DNA of 64,000 bases from contig KE561184.1 of NCBI GenBank assembly GCA_000442015.1, positions 1 through 64,000 of the forward strand. The letters are read 5' to 3'. How positions within the stretch are numbered: the stretch's first letter is position 1; each line of letters begins with the position of its first letter. The stretch is from Rozella allomycis CSF55 (taxonomy: Eukaryota). Under the pieces are notes generated by a model. The model was given only the letters and a program-made list of their open reading frames with translations, ran no database searches and had not been told where the DNA came from. This document shows positions 53,915 to 64,000 of this stretch, in pieces. Both the position numbers and the translations under genes were made by a program.

Positions 53915-55090
53915 ATGGATAAAAGAAAAGCTGAAATGCAAGTATCCATTGATGTTAAAAAGCCAAAAGTGGCCGAAACCTCTATAGTGAAAACCTTTAA
54001 CTCGAAAGGCAAGCAGATACAAAGTATTCAAGTGAAACGAACGTCAGGCCTGAAATCGCCTATAATGTTATTAACGGGACACGAGTCTGATATTTTAACA
54101 ACCAGATTTAGCCCATGTGGGAATTATTTAGCTTCTGGATCATTTGATAAAACAATATGTAAGCATTTTATCATTTCCAGAATAGTTTTGTGGAATGTTT
54201 ATGGGGAATGTACAAATTTTAACGTTATGAGAGGACAAAACGGTGCTATTTTAGAATTAGACTGGTCTCCAAATTCAGAGTAATGCATCTGTCTAGACAT
54301 TAACAGGCGTATCTTTACGGCGTGTTCTGACAAGACTGTTGGTATTTACGACGTTATTGTGGGAAAAAATATCCGAAAGCTAAAAGGACATCAGAATATT
54401 ATAAATTCTGTGAATTGTTTAAGACGTGAACCTCACTTGATTGTGTCTGGAAGCGACGACAAAATGATTAACGTAAGGGTTGTTGTTTCATATTTTCAGA
54501 TATGGGATCAAAGGCAAAAAGAACCGGTTAGTACTTTTACGCAAAGATTTCAAATCACTAGTGTTTCTTTTGGCCAAGTCGGAGATCTTGTGTTTGCGGG
54601 GTCTTTGGATAACGATATTACGGCTTGGGATATTCGTAATCAAAACATTTCATACAAGTTGAACGGTCATATTGATACAATTACTGGCCTAAGACTCAGC
54701 CCTGATGGTATGAATATTCTTTCCGCTTCCATGGATCATTCAGTTCGATTGTGGGATGTGAAGCCCTACGCCTCTGGAAATAGATGCCTAAAAATATTCG
54801 AAGGCGCACCTCATGGACACGAAAAAAATCTTATTAGACCTTCATGGTCTCATGATGCCCAAAGAGTTGCATGTGGAAGTGCCGATAGAACGGTTCTTGT
54901 TTGGGACGTTCCATCACGCAAAATTTTGTACAAACTTCCAGGTCATAAAGGATGCGTAAATGAAGTTGATTTTCATCCAGAAGAACCAATAAGTAACTCA
55001 TCGTGTTTATACTAACTAGTCGCGTCATGTAGCGCAGATCGGCAAATATTCTTGGGAGAGATAGAACCATCTTATTCAGAATCGTACTAA
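53915..55090 (+). CDS. SNRNP40: U5 snRNP 40-kDa WD40 protein
   Basis: KRTSGLKSPIMLLTGH, LWNVYGECTNF, HGHEKNLIR, ILYKLPGHKGCVNEVDFHPEEPI. Confidence 0.95.
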
Positions 55091-55319
55091 TAAATTCGAA
55101 ATAAATCTAACAACATTCCATTTTTATTGCCAATAAAAGCTTGTTTACTATTTAATATTTATCAATGTTAGGTTTAAAAAGTCAGGAAGAGGACCCTACG
55201 ACCAAAAAAATCGACAATGTTTTAAAATATTTGCAGTGCATAGAAGAAAAGGACAATAACTCACTTTCGACTCTACAAAGAATGGGGCCCGACATATTGC
55301 ATGAGAGTCAAATAGGTAC

Positions 55320-55704
55320 AATAACTCTATACGATGACCTGATTCTCCGACAAATGTCTCTTGAAGGCTTCATGAATATAGAATAAGATTCGTTTTCCAC
55401 TAAATTTCATGAAATCTTCCTTGTCGAAAAGAAACAAGTAAAGTGCCTGTGAATTTGGAATTACACGGAAAAATGTTAATTTTGAAAAAAAATTCCCAAT
55501 CGAAAAACCTACGGAACATTGTTTCTTCTTTAACTTGGACATTTTGAACCCATTCACTAAACCTTGCGAATCTTTTATTAAATATTAGTTAAATATTTAA
55601 AATACTCCAGTCTCTATGATAAATTTTTCATAATAACTGAGAGTAATAAGAATCGGTCCCGCTCTCCCAAGTTCCTTCCCTGATTTTTCTTGAAGTTGAT
55701 AAAA
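55320..55704 (-). mobile_element. LINE 3' remnant (copy 2)
   Basis: Aligns by eye along its length with 51177-51545 (e.g. GCTTCATGAATATAG, GTTTCTTCTTTAACTTG, CACTAAACCTTGCGAATC, CATAATAACTGAGAGTAATA). Confidence 0.8.
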
Positions 55705-55859
55705 CTACAAACATATTTAATTTAAATGTTTATGCCAGTCTTCTCAAAATCATGGATGCAATCCTTTTTGCTAAAGTTAACATTAATGTGAGCCTGTGGT
55801 ATGAATTATCATATATGCATTCTTTCTGCTATTTAAAGAACACAACACATCACATACTT

Positions 55860-56200
55860 AGAAGGTCGAAGAGGTTTCTGAGTCCTCCATCCATTCCGAC
55901 GATGTAAAGAGCCGTCATTTTCATCACACCCATTAACAGAAAAGGTAGCCCGCAGCGGAAATGGCCGACCGAATGGAACAAACAGTCCAACAAACATCGC
56001 AAAACCTGTAAAGGCAAGTGATCATTGGGAGAGCGGGACCAATTCTTATTACTTTCAGTTATTATGGAGAAATTATCATGGAGCGTATCCGCAAGGTTTA
56101 GTAATGTTTCTGCAATGTGTTCAAAATGCAAGTTAAAGAAGAAACAGTGTTCCATAGGTTTTTAGATTGAAAATTGCAAATCTTTAAAAAGAAGAGACGA
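55860..56200 (+). mobile_element. LINE 3' remnant (copy 3, inverted relative to copy 2); 5' boundary approximate
   Basis: TTGGGAGAGCGGGACC.ATTCTTATTAC and CAAGTTAAAGAAGAAACAGTGTT are reverse complements of segments in copies 1 and 2. Confidence 0.75.
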
Positions 56201-56215
56201 TAATAGTAAGTATGN

Positions 56216-56986
56216 AAGAAAAAAAAGAAGTTTGGGAATTATTGGATTGGCACTGATAGGTCGACATCACTTCAAGAATACCTCAGGGGTCATGAACAAT
56301 CTACGCTGTTGGAGATCTTTACGCTTTTGTATGATGGAGATGGCCTTGATATTTGTCTGGATAACACACAAGTTGATTATCAAGACGAATGGAAGACGCC
56401 AGAGATACTGACATTTCTCGTAATGACTGGTTATCTCACCTACCGCCATAATGAAGTCATTATTCCAAACACTGAAGTTAGAAATCATTGGAATAAGCAA
56501 ATACGCCCTTTGTTTAATGCCGCTGTTAACGAAATGTATGGAAATCAAGTTAGAGCTTTATTTGCTCCTCAAGGTGAATTCAATCATCAAGACTGTCTAG
56601 ATTTTATGCAAGACATTTTACTCAATGCCTCTAGTCAAGATTTGGCAAGACTTCAGTATCCAGAAGCACCTTATCATTGTTTTTACTTTGGGATATTTCT
56701 TGGTTGTCTGCATGATGGATCTTTGGTTAAGGTTACTTCGAACAAGGAGGCAGCTCTTGGGCGCTACGATATTAGAATCCAATTTGTGAAATTTAGAAGG
56801 GCTTTTATCTTTGAGTTCAAGGTTGATCGATCAGTCAACAACACTGAACAAGATCCAAACCTGGCTCTCCAGCAAATTCATAACAGACAGTATTACCACG
56901 ATCTTCATGGTTACTCTGTACATTTGATTGGCGTTGCGTTCCACAAGAAGCATGTTGTTTTATCACACGAATTGATTAATGTGTAA
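56216..56986 (+). CDS. AAA-ATPase-like-associated PD-(D/E)XK nuclease (PDDEXK_9/DUF1703 type), 5' part missing at the N
   Basis: GNYWIGT, FLVMTGYLT...IPNTEVR, EAPYHCFYFG, SNKEAALGRYDI...IFEFK, ALQQIHNRQY, IGVAFHKK. Intronless. Confidence 0.88.
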   Translation, partial: KKKKKFGNYWIGTDRSTSLQEYLRGHEQSTLLEIFTLLYDGDGLDICLDNTQVDYQDEWKTPEILTFLVMTGYLTYRHNEVIIPNTEVRNHWNKQIRPLFNAAVNEMYGNQVRALFAPQGEFNHQDCLDFMQDILLNASSQDLARLQYPEAPYHCFYFGIFLGCLHDGSLVKVTSNKEAALGRYDIRIQFVKFRRAFIFEFKVDRSVNNTEQDPNLALQQIHNRQYYHDLHGYSVHLIGVAFHKKHVVLSHELINV

Positions 56987-57085
56987 TAAAAGTGTTTGTT
57001 AGCTAATATAATATCTTTATTTCCAAGTATCAATGCTACTATTTTTAGTGACTCAGATGTCTTGTTGTTAGCAACGCCCACATAT

Positions 57086-57460
57086 ATGCCAGAAAACGGA
57101 ACTTTATACGAAGAAATTGGAGGCGCTGAAACGGTATCAGCCGTTGTAGATTACTTTTATTCCTTACTCATCAAAGACAAAAGAGTGAAAAAGTACTTTG
57201 AATCAATCGATTTGGATCGTTTGAAGATCATGCAGAAATCATTCATTTCCAGTGTCTGCGGAGGTCCTGCATACAACGGCCAGAGTATGCGTTCAGCTCA
57301 CAAGAGATTATTGGATTTGGAAAACAAACATTTCGACGCCATCTTGGAAAACTTGGAAACCGCCATGAAGAAGGCAGCCAAAAAGACAATCTCTGAAGAG
57401 AATAGAAAGAAGATCCTCGCTGTTGCAGAAACAACCAGAAAAGATGTGCTCGGAAAATAA
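57086..57460 (+). CDS. Group I (trHbN-type) 2/2 truncated haemoglobin
   Basis: TLYEEIGG, VDYFY (TyrB10), RLKIMQKSF, GGPAYNG, MRSAH (HisF8), HFDAIL. Intronless. Confidence 0.92.
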   Translation: MPENGTLYEEIGGAETVSAVVDYFYSLLIKDKRVKKYFESIDLDRLKIMQKSFISSVCGGPAYNGQSMRSAHKRLLDLENKHFDAILENLETAMKKAAKKTISEENRKKILAVAETTRKDVLGK

Positions 57461-57514
57461 ATTTCTTTACACTTTCCAATTTTATTTACATTGTAAGATT
57501 CTATAAAAAGGTAA

Positions 57515-57886
57515 TTATGCATCGTCTTGAAATACTCTATCTTCAGCGAGAAATATGGACTTGTTTGCATTATCTAGATAGCCTAATGGTCCAATTTCAC
57601 ACTCTGCGCAGATCAAAAATCGAAAATCATTTCCAAAGGAATCCATTTGAGTAGGTTTAGTAACTCCAATGTTATCAAACGTGTATATATTTGACAAAAA
57701 CCATCCACGTGAAGATATTTTCTCAGATTTGGATGTCATTTCCGGTAACTTGATCTACTCGAAAACTGAATTTCATGTTACCGTTAAATTTGTTTTTAAT
57801 TCTGCTGAATTCTTTTTAAGTATAAGAGTACGACATTTTTCATTTACACATCGTATATTATTCGGATTTAAATTCGTTTCTGTCAT
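57515..57886 (-). CDS. MSS4: Mss4/RABIF Rab GEF/chaperone
   Basis: NPNNIRCVNEKCRTLIL, WFLSNIYTFDNIGVTK, FLICAECEIGPLGY. Confidence 0.9.
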
Positions 57887-58849
57887 TTCGAAAATTTACG
57901 ACGCATTTAAAGAAATNCAAATGATATATTGGGGGTTTACTGATTACCATGGACTTTACGATATTCGATTCTTGATATCTTGGATCTGGTCAGTGGTCTT
58001 CTTCAAATATCCACTTCTAAATCCTAATTCAATATTCATAGAATGAAAGTTTACCATTAAAGAATTAAGAAAATGTAAATTGAAATCGAAGAATGTCAGG
58101 CAAAAGACATTTACGAGAAGATATTTGATACCACGTGTAGCCAAAGACTAAAGAGAGTAGTCAAACTGATTCCGTATTTTTCATTGGTTTTGTTCCAAGC
58201 TACAAGCATAAAAGAGTGATGCAATGATGGAATGGGCGATTGAAGGGTATCAATCAATTATATCCAATGAATGATGTGTGAAGTATACTCTAATGGTCTT
58301 TGACTTTGATCTAGTCTTGCCGCTGACTTGTTTCACAAAAGAAATTATTCCAATTGTTGCGCCAAGTGATCAAAATTTGGACGAGCTATACTCTTTGTTA
58401 ACTAGTGACATAAAGGTTATATTTACCGATAGAACTTTGCAATCTTAACAGTTCATCGCAAGCCAAGTGAGGTATCAAATGGATGGCAAGTCTCACTGAG
58501 ATAGCCTCTTTGGATCACAAATGGTATTAAACATAGCGGTGAACTCTTTGATTGCAAGGTGTATGGACACAAGGAACGAAAACTTAATTTGATCATCCAA
58601 AAGAATAGATTTTCCGTGCGACATAAAGGAATATTCAATTTCGAATAAGTGATATTCAAAACAATTAACCAAGTATGACGTGAGCTACTGTCCGCGAACT
58701 AGGTGGTATAATAAACGAGACAAGAATTCATAGTTTTTTAGGTATGCAGGCCGATTTTCATTGTAATACAAACGGATTGTTGAATTCTTTAAAGCCGTAG
58801 CGAGCATATCATAGATGCAAATTTTTCAATAAATCCACTGTGCTATTTA

Positions 58850-61033
58850 TTAGTCTAAGAAAAGCATATAATCCACCAAAGACTTTCCATAACAAGCAGC
58901 CAGATGTTCGGATGTGAGTATGATGCAATTCTTCGGAACTTGGGAACCGACAAAGTTTGCACCAATATCTCCTTTCAACGCGACGACCAAGTACGATTGA
59001 CGGTCTGAAAATTGAGACCCTAGAATTACAAAGTAAACGATTTTAATACCTCCATATTGATCAAGAGTGAGAGTCATTTGGCGGGCGACTGAAGTGATGA
59101 GCTCTTTAGTAGTGGTATCGTGTGTGATGCACCTCGTTGCAATGTTCCAGGTCACTTTGCCAGGGCCTTGCGTGTCACCTGCTTCGGGATAACAAGCGAG
59201 ATTAAATCCATCATTGGAGCTTTCAAAGTGATAGATAACGTTAGGCTGAAATTGATCTTGTTTCATGTCGTTGAATTGCTTTTTGGTACAATAAAATAGG
59301 AAGGTGTCTCCGGGCACAACAAAGTACATCTCATCAACCAATGTGCTTGACAGAAACTTTGGATAAATTGATGTCAATTTCAAATGAGAGCAGCTTTGAC
59401 TCGATGTTTAGATTGATACAACAAGCGAATCAATGTTTTCCACAGGCCATGAGCGATCTTGAACGTAGAACCAAATTCAGTCAACTTATAAAGAGTTTCA
59501 CCAATCCGATGTAATAAGGAACCTTTATATTCAGTAGAAAGCAACCTGGAGGCAAAGATTGCCAACGCAAACGGAGAAATAATAGGAACAAAACTTCTGC
59601 TTTTAATTTCTTCATCGGAAAAAGAATTCAAATACAAAGCCCGCTGAACTGAGTCTTCATATGTGCGATTATGAACAATTTTATCATCCATTGGAACTGT
59701 TGTACGTAGAAGGGCAGCCCTAACATCCTCGATACACAAATAAGCATAAAAGNACATCCTTGATACACAAATAAGCATAAAAGATTGCATGTTCGGCGGC
59801 ACCGGAAAGCAGTTTGTTAAAGAGCATTTCATAATTCCAAACACCAAGCTCGTTCGAGTATTGCTTAAGAATACCAAACAATGCTTCCAGACACCGCGGA
59901 TGGCCCCCAACCGTAACAATTAAATGCTTGACGTATGCGAACTTGGTATATTCCCAGAAAAGTCCAAGAGAAGCTTCCACACTCAATCTATTCAAAGGAA
60001 CAAAATGGATATGTCGACCAGCTTCTGAGGCGCATTTTGTGATACTGGACACTTCTAATGAGGAAATAATCACATGGTTTCGTGAGCAGCAATCGCGTAA
60101 AGATTTGCTCATCATTGGTGAAACACATCTCAGGCAATTTGTCACTTGTTCAGCATTTCCTTTTTTTGCGATTTCATCAAATAGAAGAAAAATTGATTCT
60201 TTCTTTGAGTGCTCGCGAATGATGGCTAAACTTGCGTCGATACTGAATTTGCCAACCCGTCTTAATCTACTATAAAATGAATCAGCGGAAAGGCTCTGGG
60301 ACAGCTTGGTTTTATCAATGAAATAGCTGTGCAGGATTCGTATTGAAATGGCCTGTTCAGGATCTTCGGAACGCCAGACTTCCGTATTTCCACCGAAAGT
60401 AATTGGAATATACACAGACTCGTTCATCATCTTTTTCAACTTTGCCACTTCCCCATTTAACTATATTAAATGTATGTACTGGTGTCTTACTATTTCACGC
60501 ATATCAGTAGTCAATTCGCCACCTAACTTTAATTGTGAGCGCACATCCATGTACACTTCCGCCACATCTGCATGGTCCATGATATCGCCCTTTATCTGTC
60601 CCGTATAGTCCATCATCTTTGATTTCCCTCCACCAGAAGGTGCCTGAAGCCCGATATATCGATCAATATCTTTCCGATCGAGCTCACTGTCTCTTAACAG
60701 CCACCGTCTCAAGATCTCATTGGCAATCCCTCTCATGCAAACATCACGATCGACAACCTCCTCAAATACGTTGTTCGCAAGCTTATCAACAACTGAAAAG
60801 TCTGTCTTGATTTCAGCACTGAATTCGTTCAAAAGTAGCTCAAGTGGCGTCTTTTTTGGGTTAAGTTGGATGTAAATGGCACACCCTGCTGACCCAAGTT
60901 TATCAATCCAATTGTCTGCGGTGAAAGAAGCGTAATCTTCAAATTCAAACTGGTTCTCTTGAACAAACTTATAAAACTTTTCCTTAAATGTTTGAGTTTC
61001 AATCCACTGTCCAAATTCTTCTTTTGTAATCAT
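58850..61033 (-). CDS. Crinkler-type effector: SAM-like header, P-loop NTPase and restriction-endonuclease-like C-terminus (possibly degenerate)
   Basis: Walker A APSGGGKS, Walker B FLLFDEI, GGHPRCLE, C-terminal N.GFN..Y motif. 30-nt intron near 60461-60490. Frame breaks at the N (59753) and near 59400. Confidence 0.7.
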
Positions 61034-61139
61034 CAAGACAGGGGTGTCGAAGGTTTCTTATTTGATGGCTGTGCAAACCTTAAATTTTAAAATGATCTAG
61101 CCCTGTCATAAATTTGTGAAACACTTTACAATTTAGAGT

Positions 61140-61944
61140 CTGTGACAGCGATTGAAGAACTTTTTGATCATATCCGGTCTTTATCGACAAAAGGGTTTGG
61201 CTTGTGGAGTGACGAAGCCAAAAGGTGCTTTGGTACTGAGGTTACTATTGCCACAGCTGCTAGGTAATAGAAATTAATTAGTAGGACTACTAGGTTCGGT
61301 GCCTAAATATTCTCCAAATTACTGAATTCCCTGTACCCATGCAGAAAAAATGTTTTGGGCCCCTTGTAAGGACGTTTCCTGTGCATATAGTGGAAGAATG
61401 TGTGGTTTTTGTTTGCGGCAATCGAAAATACATCGAAGAATTTATTATAAAGAACACCAAGGGAATAATGCCTAAGAATTTCAACATGAAGCCAAAAGGT
61501 AAAGATAATATTCGCGTATCTGTGGCACACTCAAAAAACCACCATTGTGTCGTGCTAAGCGAACGCTGCTCAGTTGGCATTGATATTTTAAATATTAGAG
61601 AGTCGTATTCTTCATTGTTAGTTCTTTTAAACAATCCCTCTCATGTCTTCAATAATAAAGATTTCATACCTCCTTTGCATTATGGCGATGAAAAAATAAA
61701 TAGAGTCGCATTAAACTGGGCATCAAAAGAGGCAGTTGTTAAGTGCATTGGAGAGGGATTGTCAATTCCTCCCAATTTGATAAGAGTTGATTTTATCAAC
61801 GAAATAGGCACTGTCATTAAGTTATTGGGAGTATCAGAATATAAAGCAAGTAAATTTTGGATCCATGGATTTGTATTTGAAGATAATATAGTTATGATAG
61901 CTTTAGATAATGAAAGGGTGAATCCAAGACTAAATATTTATTAA
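61140..61944 (+). CDS. 4'-phosphopantetheinyl transferase (Sfp/Lys5-type); start uncertain
   Basis: VSVAHS...VGIDI...WASKEAVVKCIGEGL. Confidence 0.85.
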
Positions 61945-61948
61945 GAAT

Positions 61949-63654
<1,706 letters not shown>

Positions 63655-63744
63655 TTGCAAATTGTTGTAATTAAATGTGGCGTTCAGTTGAATAGAGTTA
63701 TTATAAAGAAGTAACGAAAACGTGTGTGCTTTATTTACAATTAT

Positions 63745-64000
63745 TCATTGATCATTCAACATATGTGTCCAATCAAATTCTGGATATGTCTTTTTCAAAA
63801 TATAAATTCTCTTGTCCAAAATCAAGTCGTCTTTAATAACTGCCGCATTATCCCTCCATTGAGTCGCATCCAATCCCAACAACTGACCGACTACACTCTA
63901 CAATAAATATCGCATTAATTTGTTACTTTTCCAAAATCGATGGAAAATGATTCCTCCTTTTCAATTACATGGGCATATCCTGTATCAAGTTTAAAGTCCA
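63745..64000 (-). CDS. CWF19L2: 3' end of CWF19-like protein 2 (CwfJ C-terminal domain), runs off the window
   Basis: DFKLDTGYAHVIE...FP...^SVVGQLLGLD..QW...YPEFDWT. Confidence 0.8.

Noticed and set aside
55850-56155. 101-aa minus-strand ORF
   Set aside because: Antisense to the plus-strand LINE remnant.
57900-58830. Short ORFs between Mss4 and the Crinkler-type gene
   Set aside because: Stop-riddled with no recognisable family. It may be a pseudogene but cannot be supported.

Overview
This is AT-rich, very gene-dense eukaryotic DNA with many tiny (about 23-31 nt) GT-AG introns. The content is fungal (Zn2Cys6 factor) but keeps ciliary or ancestral opisthokont genes (CCDC180-like, katanin p60, THOC5, HEATR6, ataxin-10, OPA3). 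That fits an early-diverging zoosporic fungus such as a Rozella-type Rozellomycota; this is an inference, not verified. Positions 1-6.2 kb are degraded Ty1/copia and Ty3/gypsy LTR-retrotransposon remnants. About 6.7-55 kb is a tightly packed block of mostly housekeeping genes: HP1/Swi6, THOC5, 14-3-3, VPS29, Rad9, CCT7, FG-less Nsp1, USP30, RasGEF, AspRS, PMP34, Sec6, LC8, Dbp9, La, TFIIS, IDO, Rrb1, SNRNP40 and others, plus a giant orphan membrane-anchored protein. About 55-61 kb is an accessory island with LINE 3' remnants, a bacterial-type PD-(D/E)XK nuclease, a group I truncated haemoglobin and a Crinkler-type NTPase+nuclease effector. The most intriguing unexplained signal is a 902-bp unit (16009-16910) bounded by perfect 16-bp inverted repeats and containing a ~320-nt self-complementary non-coding domain (candidate structured ncRNA or MITE). 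Several single-N sites are flanked by near-duplicate sequence and are treated as assembly artefacts. Gene models were read by eye and ends are approximate where stated.
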